This document shows, piece by piece, positions 1 to 9,915 of a stretch of DNA of 64,000 bases. The notes below the pieces were generated by a model. The model saw nothing but the letters and a program-made list of their open reading frames with translations, made no database searches and had not been told where the DNA came from. Within the stretch, counting starts at the first letter, position 1. Each line of letters begins with the position of its first letter. Origin of the DNA: Alkalispirochaeta sp. (GTDB lineage: Bacteria; Spirochaetota; Spirochaetia; DSM-27196; Alkalispirochaetaceae). Position numbers and translations under genes: made by a program. The stretch covers positions 1,312,001 through 1,376,000 of the forward strand of contig OZ271854.1 of assembly GCA_965601925.1 (NCBI GenBank), given 5' to 3'.

Positions 1-1003
1 CGCCGGCGAGATCGATTCGATACCGGTTCTCAACTCGTCCTCCACTGAGTTCGAACACGTCGCCGGACTCGGATATGGCCAAGACCGCCTGACCGGTACC
101 GCGAACCAGAGCCGCAATCGATACGTCGAGTTCCAACTTGGTCGGTCCGTCGTTGGACCGCAACCGATACTGATACACCGACCTTCTGTCGGCGGCTACA
201 AATGAAACTCGATCGCTTACCACGGCTCGCTCTACGGCGACCTTCTCGGAAAAATCTCTGATTTCATCTCCGGTGCGTTCGTCAAGCACTCGTACCGTGC
301 CGTCATTATCGATGCCCCAAAGCTCGGTGAATCCGGGCTCAAAGGCCGGATACAACAGCGTTCCGTTTATCTCCTCGATAACTTCCAACGTTTGCGCAAA
401 AAGGCTGTAAGCCGCACGGTCGCCGCCGCGATACAACCGAGTTCCGCGCCGATTGGATACCAACGCACCCTCTCCGGGAGTGAGATCTCTCGTTCTCGGG
501 TTTGATAACTCGGACAGTCGATGACCGTACTCCGTTATCCGGGTACCGCCGTCGGATATGATGTACACTCGACTCCCGTCGGGCGAAAACGATAGATCGG
601 ATATATCATGCAATCCGGTATCGATTTCATTCCGAAGCTCAAAGCCTTCGGCGCCGTACATTGCAATAACCGGGCTATCTTCAAAAACGACAAAGACCGC
701 CGCTCCACCGGGCGTCGGTACGACACGAACCGGTACCCGCCCCAGTTGAATGCGTTCTTCTATGCGCAGGGTTCCGAGATTGAGAGCGATCAGCTGTTCA
801 CTGCCGGGACTCAGGAGAAAAATCGCCCCTTCCTGCGCATGATACGCCACCGGATCGTTCGGTTCCCGTTGATCTCGGGCGCGTGTCGTGGGATTCGCAT
901 GGTAGGCCGCCAGAAGAACAAGAGACCCGGCGCACAGGCCGGCGTAGAGCGGTCCCTTGAGTTTGCTCCATAGGGATAGTCTTTTCGCTTCTCGATCCGC
1001 CAT
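1..1003 (-). CDS. YncE/YVTN-like beta-propeller protein, 3' end outside the window
   Basis: Manually translated open frame from ATG at 1003 (MADREAKRLSLWSKLKGPLYAGLCAGSLVLLAA...). N-terminal hydrophobic segment and propeller-like motifs (VVPTPGGAAVFV, LSFSPDGSRVYI). Absent from the ORF track because no stop lies in the window. Confidence 0.6.
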   Translation of the reverse strand, partial: MADREAKRLSLWSKLKGPLYAGLCAGSLVLLAAYHANPTTRARDQREPNDPVAYHAQEGAIFLLSPGSEQLIALNLGTLRIEERIQLGRVPVRVVPTPGGAAVFVVFEDSPVIAMYGAEGFELRNEIDTGLHDISDLSFSPDGSRVYIISDGGTRITEYGHRLSELSNPRTRDLTPGEGALVSNRRGTRLYRGGDRAAYSLFAQTLEVIEEINGTLLYPAFEPGFTELWGIDNDGTVRVLDERTGDEIRDFSEKVAVERAVVSDRVSFVAADRRSVYQYRLRSNDGPTKLELDVSIAALVRGTGQAVLAISESGDVFELSGGRVENRYRIDLAG

Positions 1004-1343
1004 TGCGCCCCTCTACCCAACAAAGTCAAGTTGTTTAGTAGAGTATAAATCATATAAAACTTTGTCAAGTGAGATAATCAAGAATAAACGGTAGGCGAAG
1101 AAACGCTACCTGAATCCTCGCACAACGCGCCGAAGGGTGCGCAGTCGGAGCGTTGTGCTCGTGATGTGGAAGACAATGGCTACTCTCGGACGATCTGCAC
1201 GACCAGTCGGAACTCGTCGATAGTGTAATCCGAGTTTCACGTGGGGTTATATATCGGCAAGGACGTAGTGCGGGTCGAAAAGCTCGGTGGGTCGAGGCCG
1301 CACCACTCACGGCGGGTAGCGCTTGGAGGCGCATCGCAACGGA

Positions 1344-2342
1344 CTATGCGTTCGGCTCATCACCGAGTCGCGATGTCCGGCGACGCAGCTCGCGCGGGGA
1401 CATACCGAAGTAACGGTGAGCGGCGCGAGCGAACGCGCTCTGATCGCGATATCCGCACATTTCGGCCACCTCGCCGACCGGTTGCCGTCCGTGGCGCAAA
1501 AACCACGCCGCGCGACTCATCCTTCGTTCTCGCAAGACGTCCGTCGCCGTCCGGTGAAGGGTGCGTCGAAAGGAGCGATGGAGCGTAGAGGGACTCACCG
1601 ACAGAGCGCCCGCAAGGTCTCCGACGCCGACTCCGCTGTGCATGTTGGCCTCGAACCACGCGATCGCGCGCCCGACGAGATGCTCCGGGTCCAACGCGTC
1701 GTAGCGCGGAGCTGGCGTGCACAGATCGAGATATGTCGCGGTCGTATCCAACAATACGGACGAGGCGCGAAATCGTTGTGCCGCGATACGCGCGGGGGTG
1801 GAGACGGGAGCCAGCAGTCGCGCCTGTGCACACAGTCGCGCGGCGAGACGATCGAGCAAAGAATGTCGTCCCGAGGACCACACGAGGCACACCCACAGTG
1901 CGCTCCCCACGACGGTATCGAGTTCGGTGGGCACGGTATCGTAATGAAACACGGCTACCTCCGACGGTCGGTGATCCGGCGCGCTCCATCCATGGAGGGA
2001 GGCGGGACGAAACACCCACAAGCGCGCAACCTCCTCGGATCGCCGTACGCCGTCACGCCGGGTGTCCCCGGACGGGGCCACCTTCGCGCGCCGAGTGGGA
2101 GCTCCTACACTTCCGAGGCCGTTACGAGCAGACACATATGCGCCCGTTTCCACACGATCCGCAATGTTCGACGACCCCATGGTGACGGTGGTGCCCCGAT
2201 CGGCTTCACCCAAACCGAACGTAGCCTCCGCTCCTCCGAGCACCAACTGCAACTCCCATACCGATCGGCGATAGGTGGGCACCGGGTACGCACCGTATGT
2301 GCGCGTGCCCCACGAAACGTATCGAGCGTCGTATAGATCCAT
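1344..2342 (-). CDS. AraC-family transcriptional regulator
   Basis: C-terminal double HTH (LAGALSVSPSTLHRSFRR...VAEMCGYRDQSAFARAAHRYFGMSP); divergent from the oxidoreductase. Confidence 0.9.
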   Translation of the reverse strand: MDLYDARYVSWGTRTYGAYPVPTYRRSVWELQLVLGGAEATFGLGEADRGTTVTMGSSNIADRVETGAYVSARNGLGSVGAPTRRAKVAPSGDTRRDGVRRSEEVARLWVFRPASLHGWSAPDHRPSEVAVFHYDTVPTELDTVVGSALWVCLVWSSGRHSLLDRLAARLCAQARLLAPVSTPARIAAQRFRASSVLLDTTATYLDLCTPAPRYDALDPEHLVGRAIAWFEANMHSGVGVGDLAGALSVSPSTLHRSFRRTLHRTATDVLRERRMSRAAWFLRHGRQPVGEVAEMCGYRDQSAFARAAHRYFGMSPRELRRRTSRLGDEPNA

Positions 2343-2412
2343 GCTTCATTCTGCACAAAATCGGACCGTTTCTGCACGCCCGACTCGCATGTATCCGTGC
2401 AATCATTGCGAC

Positions 2413-3714
2413 ATGAAACGCTACATGATCGTGGGAGTAGGAAGCCGTTCGTACATGTATTTGGACGCAATAACCGGCCGATTTTCCGGTGAAGCGCGCT
2501 TAGTCGCGCTCTGCGACGCAAATCCTCACCGTCTTGATCTTGCGCGCACGAGGTGCGAAGCACAAGGCGCATCCCCGGCAACCGGCGGTTCGGCCGATTT
2601 CGAGTCGCTCATATCTGCACAATCGGTGGAAACCGTAATCGTCACGTCGATCGACCGGACCCACGACGAATACATCGTACGCGCCTTGGAGGCCGGGTGC
2701 GACGTTATCGTCGAGAAGCCACTTACGATCACACCGCGTAAACTCTCCTCGATCGAAGCGAGTCGCCGGCGTACCGGAAAAACGATACGGGTGGCGTTCA
2801 ACTATCGCTACGCGCCGCGAAACAGCGTTATCAGAGAGCTGCTTCAGGTGCGTCGAGCGATCGGTCGCATCCACTCCGTTCACTTCGAGTGGCTGCTCGA
2901 CACGCGCCACGGAGCCGACTACTTCCGTCGATGGCACCGTGACAAGCGTAACTCCGGCGGACTACTCGTCCACAAGGCGACCCACCACTTCGATCTGGTC
3001 AACTGGTGGCTCGACGACGTACCGGAGAGGGTGTTTGCCTCCGGCGATTTGGTCTACTACGGACGTGAGAACGCGGAGCGTCGCGGGCTGTCTACCTTCT
3101 CCGCGCGCGGGACGGACGCCCCTGCCGACGATCCCTTCGCACTTAACCTGAAGTCCGATCCGAAGCTGAAAGCGTTGTACTGGGACGCGGAGGAGCACGA
3201 CGGGTATCGCCGGGATGAGAACGTGTTCGGCAACTACATTTCCATCGAGGACGATATGGCGGTTCTCGTCGACTACCGCGGCGGTGCGCGTCTGTCCTAT
3301 CACCTCACGGCGTACTCTCCGTGGGAGGGCTTTCGCGTCGCCTTCAACGGCGACGGCGGCCGTATCGAGTACGAGGTGGTCGAGTCGACGACGATATCGG
3401 GAAGCGCAGCGAATCGTAACCGGACGGATCGCGCGCGGGACGAGAAGCCGTGGGAGGCGGTCTCTATCCGCCTGATGCCGCTATTCGGCGAGACGGAGAC
3501 GATATCGGTCCCGGGGGCGCACGAGGTAGGCCACGGCGGCGGTGACCGTCGCCTGCTGGAAGACATCTTTGCCGCAGCCCCGGAAGACGATCCGCTGGGA
3601 CGCGCCGCCGATCATCGGGCCGGTATCAACTCGATCGCGGTAGGTATCGCGGGAAATCTAAGTATGGCCGCAGGCCGCGCCGTGGCGATCGACGAGGTGC
3701 TGCCCCGCGCGTAA
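2413..3714 (+). CDS. Gfo/Idh/MocA-family oxidoreductase
   Basis: Rossmann start MKRYMIVGVGSR, EKP motif, GGLLVHKATHHFD; start moved to ATG 2413. Confidence 0.9.
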   Translation: MKRYMIVGVGSRSYMYLDAITGRFSGEARLVALCDANPHRLDLARTRCEAQGASPATGGSADFESLISAQSVETVIVTSIDRTHDEYIVRALEAGCDVIVEKPLTITPRKLSSIEASRRRTGKTIRVAFNYRYAPRNSVIRELLQVRRAIGRIHSVHFEWLLDTRHGADYFRRWHRDKRNSGGLLVHKATHHFDLVNWWLDDVPERVFASGDLVYYGRENAERRGLSTFSARGTDAPADDPFALNLKSDPKLKALYWDAEEHDGYRRDENVFGNYISIEDDMAVLVDYRGGARLSYHLTAYSPWEGFRVAFNGDGGRIEYEVVESTTISGSAANRNRTDRARDEKPWEAVSIRLMPLFGETETISVPGAHEVGHGGGDRRLLEDIFAAAPEDDPLGRAADHRAGINSIAVGIAGNLSMAAGRAVAIDEVLPRA

Positions 3715-3837
3715 CGCGCCTCGCAGCGGCGCGGACAGTCTCCGGGAAGGCGGCGGGCGACGTGACGCGGCCGAGGGGTCGCGCACGGCGCCGGTAGTCT
3801 CCGTGGTAGCGTCGGACGGCGTGGGCCTTCGCCTCCC

Positions 3838-5562
3838 TCAGTCGGCCTTCGCCAGCGTGACGATCTCGCGCTGTTCGGTTGCCGCAATCCGATATCCGGC
3901 GCTCAAGACCGTGAGGTCGATGATCCCCGCCTCGGCACCACTGTTCGTCGCCAGCGCGACGGCCAGCACCGTTTGGTCGGCAAAGCTTGCGTCGTCGTAC
4001 GGCCCAACGCCGCTGTCGGGGCTGAAAATGTCGCGATGAACGTGGTGCTCGCCCCCGTCGACGGTAAGGAGCTCCGCGGCAACGGGAGCGCGACTTCCTA
4101 TCGACAGAACCGTCTCCTGGCCCACGGCAAAGTCCTCCGCCCAAAGATAGTAACGCGTCGTGGAACGGTACCACGAACCGCCATCTCCGGCTCCCTCCTC
4201 ATGAGTGTAGAGTTGTATCCAACACTCACCCCCGATGTAGTCCGCAGTATGGTTGACGAGGCGCACCCAGAACGTCTCCAACTCGGCGACGGTAACCGAG
4301 GGCGTAGCGTACCCCAAGAAGTACCAGTTGATCTTGGTACCCTTGCCGTCCGTCGCGGGACCCTCTGTCCACGGATCATCGCCGATATTGCGGAAGGACC
4401 ATCCGTTGAGATCGTTGTCGGCGCCGGGAGAGGTCTCATCGGGGGCAATCGCGTTTACGGCCCCGCCTTCAATACCGTCGTTGTAGGGGATGTCCGTGGG
4501 ATAGACTAAGACGACGTCGGACGAGGCGGAGCTCAACGCGCCCTCATACTCCACCGCAACGTCCACGCGAAACACACGGCGCCCGTGCCCACCGTCACCC
4601 TTGAGAGATGCAAGGTAGTCGGGAGTCAAACTGATGCTGTCGCCGTGCTCTCCCCCGGGAACGGCAGCGCCGTCGATAGACCACCGATAGCTTGCCTCAC
4701 GGGGATCGAAATCGGCGTTGGTGACCTCGGCCCTCACGACGACGGGCGCGAGCCCACCGGCATCGACCGGCGTGCCCGCTGCGGTGATGTCGACGGACAG
4801 CGGATCGCTCGACTCGTCGACGATCGAGAGTCTCACGCGATCGGCGGGGCCGTCGTCGAGTGCGGCAAACAGACACGTTCCCTTTGAAGCGCCGCCGTGG
4901 ACGATACGGGTGGCGACGGTCCCTCCGCACCGCACGGTGTCACCGTCGCGAAGCGTCACCGCCACCGTGTAGTAGCCGGTGGGCAGAGTTGCATGTACTC
5001 CCACGGGTCGACCGTCGGTCTCCTGTACGGGTACCTCGATCGTCGAGCCTCCGGCGGCGTCGGTTACCGATACGGCGACCGTCGGAACGCCGCTTGCCGC
5101 CTCATCGTCCCACTGAAATGCGAGTTCCAACGCTCCGACTCCGTCGATCGGCGCGACGAGGACGGAGGCGTCGGTTCTCCGGTCCGCGACGATGGTGACG
5201 GTAACCGTCCCGATGCCGATCTGTGTACCACGGTCGTTCGATGCACGGACGGTCACCGACCAATCTCCGATCGGAAGGCGGTCGACGACCACGTCGGATC
5301 CCGGTTCCACCGTCGGCACCGAAAAGGTGCCGTCCGCCGGCCCCACACCCTCGACGGAATACGCCGCGGGAGACATATCGATATCGCTGTCGATCATCTG
5401 TACGCCCAGCCTCTCCTCCACAATCGAGAGGCTGAGCGTTCCGACCCGGTCTTCGCCGGTATCCACAGCGACCTGACATGCATAGATCGTCGTCAAAAGA
5501 AGGAAAAACAGCGCGCAGTACACGACGATCCATCTCCACGCTACCGAGAAGAATCGCATCAT
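3838..5562 (-). CDS. Secreted protein or lipoprotein with beta-sandwich-like domains, function unknown
   Basis: GAGGAG RBS before ATG 5562; hydrophobic N-terminus ending LLLTTIYAC; V/T/D/G-rich beta-like composition. Confidence 0.65.
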   Translation of the reverse strand: MMRFFSVAWRWIVVYCALFFLLLTTIYACQVAVDTGEDRVGTLSLSIVEERLGVQMIDSDIDMSPAAYSVEGVGPADGTFSVPTVEPGSDVVVDRLPIGDWSVTVRASNDRGTQIGIGTVTVTIVADRRTDASVLVAPIDGVGALELAFQWDDEAASGVPTVAVSVTDAAGGSTIEVPVQETDGRPVGVHATLPTGYYTVAVTLRDGDTVRCGGTVATRIVHGGASKGTCLFAALDDGPADRVRLSIVDESSDPLSVDITAAGTPVDAGGLAPVVVRAEVTNADFDPREASYRWSIDGAAVPGGEHGDSISLTPDYLASLKGDGGHGRRVFRVDVAVEYEGALSSASSDVVLVYPTDIPYNDGIEGGAVNAIAPDETSPGADNDLNGWSFRNIGDDPWTEGPATDGKGTKINWYFLGYATPSVTVAELETFWVRLVNHTADYIGGECWIQLYTHEEGAGDGGSWYRSTTRYYLWAEDFAVGQETVLSIGSRAPVAAELLTVDGGEHHVHRDIFSPDSGVGPYDDASFADQTVLAVALATNSGAEAGIIDLTVLSAGYRIAATEQREIVTLAKAD

Positions 5563-5790
5563 CGTTTTGCTCCTCACATATTTACCTGCAGAAACACACG
5601 CCCGGGCGTTGCGTAATGTTTTAGTATCAACCCACTGCTTGGGATACGTCAAACGAAACGTACCGGGTTTACCCTCGCTTGAGGCGGGCCCGCCCTTTGT
5701 GGGAACCGCCGGCGCAAGACGATGTTCCCGACTAACGGTAAATCGCCTCGTTCGACGCTCTCCCGGCCTACGTCGCCGAGAGTCTGTGTG

Positions 5791-6915
5791 TTATGTGACT
5801 GCGCCTGCGCGAAGGCTGCGGAGAAAGGTGTGATAGTCGCGGGGAGAGAGCGGCAGATCGAGAGAGCGTCTCTCACGGGCCGACATAATCGCCGCGTTGG
5901 CGATCTCAAGTGAGGCAACTCCGTCCCGTCCGTCGGCGATGAGCGCGACGGACCGATCACGAATAGCCTCTACGAAGTTCTCCAAAATCAAGCGGTGTCC
6001 CGCCTCGCCATGGTGGTGATAGGCGACCTCCCCAGCCTCTGCGGGCACGTGGGTCATCGTCTCGGTTGAGGTTCGAATGTACTCCAACACCGACTGTGCG
6101 GTTCGTTCGTGGAAGAGTCGCCCGTTCTCAAAGACGAGCTTTCCCAACTCTCCGACGACCTCCAGCCGATTGGTTCCCGGCGACTCGGCGGTGGACGATA
6201 CGATGTGCCCGACCATTCCGGAGGGGTGTTCCGCGATAATCGTGATCTCGTCCTCCACCTCGATGCTGTGGTACTTTCCGAACGCACCCACCGCGGTAAG
6301 GCGCGCCGGACGACCGGCGATCCACTGGTAGATGTCCAAGTTGTGCGGCGCCTGATTCATAGTGACGCCTCCGCCTTCGTTGCGCCACGAGGCTCGCCAC
6401 CCGCCCGAGTCGTAGTAAGACTGCGTGCGAAACCAATCGGTGATGATCCACGTCATACGCATCAGCCGTCCCAGCTCCCCTTCGAGCACCATCCGCCGAA
6501 TCTCACGCCAATGGCCGTAGGTACGTTGTTGGAACATCACGGCAAAGCGCAGGTCGGGCCGGGTGCGCCGCGCAGCTTCATACGCCTCATTCATCGCCGT
6601 AGCCTCCGCTACCTCGACCGCGATCGGTTTCTCCACGAGTACGTGTACTCCCCGCTCAAACGCCTCCTCGGTAAGCTCGCGGTGGCTGGGATGCGGAGTA
6701 GCGACGACGATACCGTCGGGCTCCATCGCGTCGAGCATCGTTACGAAGTCTCCGTACGCGGCGGCACCCACCTCGTCGGCGACACGACCGGCTCGTGCAG
6801 CATCAACGTCGACGACGGCGCACAGGTCGGCACCTTCCGACGCCGCGAGATCGCGACAGTGAGGCGTGCCCATGTTTCCGAGGCCTACTACGGCGATACG
6901 TATCTTGTCGTTCAT
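5791..6915 (-). CDS. Gfo/Idh/MocA-family oxidoreductase
   Basis: MNDKIRIAVVGLGNMG, HVLVEKP, GGGVTMNQAPHNLD. Confidence 0.9.
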   Translation of the reverse strand: MNDKIRIAVVGLGNMGTPHCRDLAASEGADLCAVVDVDAARAGRVADEVGAAAYGDFVTMLDAMEPDGIVVATPHPSHRELTEEAFERGVHVLVEKPIAVEVAEATAMNEAYEAARRTRPDLRFAVMFQQRTYGHWREIRRMVLEGELGRLMRMTWIITDWFRTQSYYDSGGWRASWRNEGGGVTMNQAPHNLDIYQWIAGRPARLTAVGAFGKYHSIEVEDEITIIAEHPSGMVGHIVSSTAESPGTNRLEVVGELGKLVFENGRLFHERTAQSVLEYIRTSTETMTHVPAEAGEVAYHHHGEAGHRLILENFVEAIRDRSVALIADGRDGVASLEIANAAIMSARERRSLDLPLSPRDYHTFLRSLRAGAVT

Positions 6916-6916
6916 T

Positions 6917-8038
6917 TCAGCCCCCTCGAGCCGTGTCGAAGTCCGGTTTGACGATCTCCGCATGCGCTTGCGCATCTATACAGAGCTCGGCCGCGAGGAA
7001 CGTGTGCTCCTGGCGCATCGCGCGCTCGGTTCCCTCCAAGCAGTCCACGATGAGCTCGCCGAAGTACGGGAAGCCGACCGTTCCGGTACACTCAAAACGG
7101 TGCTCGCCCCGCCCGTCGACCATGAGAAGGGTGTTCTCAACCGCCTTGTGGGCGACGTCGACATACTTCCGAAGCTCGATATACCCGTCGGTTCCGAGGA
7201 TAAAGGTGCGCCCGTCTCCCCACGTGGATAACCCGTCGGGAGTAAACCAGTCGACGCGAAAGTAGTTGCTTGCGCCGTTGTCGGCCACGAGCGCGGCGTC
7301 GCCGAAGTCCTCCAGCTCGGGATAGTGAGGATGGGCGAGATTTCCCACTTTGCTGTGAACGACTCTCGCAGACGAGGCGCCGCTGTATGAGAGGAACTGT
7401 TCGATCTGGTGGCTCCCGATATCGATCAAGATGCCGCCGTAGTACTCCCGCTCGAAGAACCAAGCCGGTCTACTCTCGGCGCGCAGGCGATGGGGACCCA
7501 ATCCGACGACTTGAATGACGCGTCCGATCGCACCGTCGTCGATCAACTGCCCTGCAAACACGGCCGCTTCGTTTTGGACGCGCTCACTGTAACAGACCGC
7601 CCACATGAGTCTCGTCGCCTCGACGCTCCGCCGCGCGGAGGCGAGTTGCTCCCGCGTCGTAAAAGGCGCCTTATCGGAGAAATAGTGTTTTCCGGCCCCT
7701 TGCACGGCGAGCCCCAAAGGCCCGCGCTCGCTCGGAACGGCGGCCGAGGCCACCAATCTAATCGTAGGGTCGTCCAAAATCTCATCGCGACTACGCGCAA
7801 CGCGTACGCCCGGAAACAAGGTACGAAACTGTTCGACCTTCTGCGCGTCGGGATCCCAAACCGCTGCGAGGGTCGCTCCGGCGTCGACGAGGCCCGCGCA
7901 CATGCCGAAAATGTGGCCGTGGTCGAGACCGATCGCCGCCACGGGAAAGGCGCCGTCTTCGACGACGCGTTTTTTCGCCGCCCTCGGCGCGTAGTTCATT
8001 CCGTCGGTCGAGCCGGATCCGGTTTTCGTTGTAGCCAC
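6917..8038 (-). CDS. Gfo/Idh/MocA-family oxidoreductase
   Basis: AAIGLDHGHI, DKAPF, YGGILIDIGSHQIE motifs. Confidence 0.88.
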   Translation of the reverse strand: MATTKTGSGSTDGMNYAPRAAKKRVVEDGAFPVAAIGLDHGHIFGMCAGLVDAGATLAAVWDPDAQKVEQFRTLFPGVRVARSRDEILDDPTIRLVASAAVPSERGPLGLAVQGAGKHYFSDKAPFTTREQLASARRSVEATRLMWAVCYSERVQNEAAVFAGQLIDDGAIGRVIQVVGLGPHRLRAESRPAWFFEREYYGGILIDIGSHQIEQFLSYSGASSARVVHSKVGNLAHPHYPELEDFGDAALVADNGASNYFRVDWFTPDGLSTWGDGRTFILGTDGYIELRKYVDVAHKAVENTLLMVDGRGEHRFECTGTVGFPYFGELIVDCLEGTERAMRQEHTFLAAELCIDAQAHAEIVKPDFDTARGG

Positions 8039-8045
8039 TTGGCCG

Positions 8046-8912
8046 TTACCCCTTCAGGCCGGAGGTACTAATACCCTCCACGATGTGCCTCTGGAACAGT
8101 ATGAACACGATCAAAACCGGTACCAACGAGAGAAACGACATCGCAAAGATCGCTCCCCAGTCGGTAACACCGGTCGGATCGGCAAACGAGCGCAGCGCAA
8201 CGGAGATAGTATACAGCCGCGGGTTATTGAGGTAAATCAACGGCGTGAGAAAGTCCGACCACGTCCAATAGAACGAAAAGATACTCGCGGTTACCAACGC
8301 CGGTTTGACCAGCGGCATAATTACGTACGCGAAGATGCCGAAACTGCCCATACCGTCGATCGAGGCCGCCTCGTCGAGCTCCAAGGGAATACCGCGAATA
8401 AACTGGACGATCATGAAGATGAAAAACGCCTGGCCCGCCTGACCGAGAAAGCGCGGCAACAGGAGCGGCCAGAAGGTGTTTACCCACCCCAGTTGGGTAA
8501 ACAGAATATAACGCGGAATGATTTGGATCTGCACCGGCAACATGAGAGTCGCGAGCATGCACGCAAACCAGACGTTGCGCCCTGGAAACTTCAATCGCGC
8601 AAACCCGAAAGCCACAACCGCCGAACACGCCACCGCGCCGATCGTTCCTACCCCTGCGTAGATGATCGAGTTGCGATAGAAGGTCGTAAACGAGACGCCG
8701 CCGAACCCCCGCCATCCACTCACGAAATTACGCAGCGTAGGATTGGTTGGAATGAGTCGCGATACCTCGACCCAGATCTCGTTCTCCGGCTTGAAGCTGC
8801 TTCCGGCCAGCCACAACAGGGGGTACAACATCGCAAAGCCGCAACCGATGACGAGAGCGTGAAAGATGATGCTCTCGACGGTCCGGCGCGCCTTGACTCC
8901 CATGGTGATCAC
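8046..8912 (-). CDS. Carbohydrate ABC transporter permease (MalG-like)
   Basis: EAA loop (IPLELDEAASIDG) and TM pattern; likely GTG start overlapping the upstream stop. Confidence 0.9.
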   Translation of the reverse strand: MITMGVKARRTVESIIFHALVIGCGFAMLYPLLWLAGSSFKPENEIWVEVSRLIPTNPTLRNFVSGWRGFGGVSFTTFYRNSIIYAGVGTIGAVACSAVVAFGFARLKFPGRNVWFACMLATLMLPVQIQIIPRYILFTQLGWVNTFWPLLLPRFLGQAGQAFFIFMIVQFIRGIPLELDEAASIDGMGSFGIFAYVIMPLVKPALVTASIFSFYWTWSDFLTPLIYLNNPRLYTISVALRSFADPTGVTDWGAIFAMSFLSLVPVLIVFILFQRHIVEGISTSGLKG

Positions 8913-9817
8913 GATTTGCCCTCCTTGGCTTCGTAGAAGACCCAGAACGACGAGGTCCGAAAGACAAGGCCGGTACACGTCGCCACGACAATGAGCAGGA
9001 TCAACGCCATTGCCGCGCCGTATCCCATCTGAAACGTTTCGAACGCGCGTCGATATAGGTACAACGCGTAAAAGTTCGTCGTATCGAGCGGCCCACCTTG
9101 AGTAATAACAAAGGGTTGGGTGAAAACGGTGAGTCCGAAAATCATTTGCATAATTAAGTTGAAGAAGATCACCGGCGACAGGAGTGGAAGGGTGATGAGA
9201 AAAAACTTCCGCACCCCGCCTGCGCCGTCGATGTGGGCGCTCTCGTATAACTCCTCGGGTATCTGTTTGAGGCCCGACAAAAAAATGAGCATCGGCGAGC
9301 CGAACTGCCACACCACCAGAAGAATGAGCGTCCAGATCGCCGTCCGAGGGTCGCCGAGCCAGGCGATTCGCTGTTGGACGCCGACTCCCGCCAACAGCGC
9401 GTTTACCAGACCGCGAGCACCGAATATCTCGCGCCACATGACCGCTACCGCAACGCTGGTGCCGAGGATCGACGGGGCGTAGTACACGGCGCGATACAGA
9501 CCGAGTAAATGGTGACGTGTATTCAGAATCATGGCGACGATCAGCGCGAAAGCCAACCTGAAAGGCACGGCAAAGAGGGCGAAGTACAACGTCGCGCGGA
9601 CGGAGTTCCAATAGCGCGGATCGGCGAAAAACATGCGCCGAAAGTTGTCCAAACCGATCCATTGCGGCGCGGTAAAAATGTCGTATGACGTGAAGCTGAG
9701 ATAGAGACTTCCCACAATGGGCGCCAAGGTGAGCCCGAAGAATCCTATCAGCCACGGTGAGATGAACACATATCCGGCGATCGTGTTATGCCGCCGGCGT
9801 TGCGCACTAAAGGTCAT
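8909..9817 (-). CDS. Carbohydrate ABC transporter permease (MalF-like)
   Basis: GYVFISPWLIG and IPEELYESAHIDGAG EAA motif. Confidence 0.92.
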   Translation of the reverse strand: MTFSAQRRRHNTIAGYVFISPWLIGFFGLTLAPIVGSLYLSFTSYDIFTAPQWIGLDNFRRMFFADPRYWNSVRATLYFALFAVPFRLAFALIVAMILNTRHHLLGLYRAVYYAPSILGTSVAVAVMWREIFGARGLVNALLAGVGVQQRIAWLGDPRTAIWTLILLVVWQFGSPMLIFLSGLKQIPEELYESAHIDGAGGVRKFFLITLPLLSPVIFFNLIMQMIFGLTVFTQPFVITQGGPLDTTNFYALYLYRRAFETFQMGYGAAMALILLIVVATCTGLVFRTSSFWVFYEAKEGKS

Positions 9818-9915
9818 GGATCCTCCCGAACGGTAACCGGAGCGTCGCGCGCTTTCCTATGCGAAGCGCGCGACGCGGAACCGGCGAATAGTATAGTTGG
9901 CCGGCCGTGCGGCGA

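Noticed and set aside
5650..5765. Possible riboswitch upstream of the 3838-5562 gene
   Set aside because: Some hairpins are present but I could not match a known aptamer consensus; needs an Rfam search
8913..9755. Long N-terminal extensions in ORF calls 8046-9755 and 46243-49428
   Set aside because: They overlap bona fide upstream genes in another frame; coupled GTG starts at 8912 and 46639 fit family lengths better
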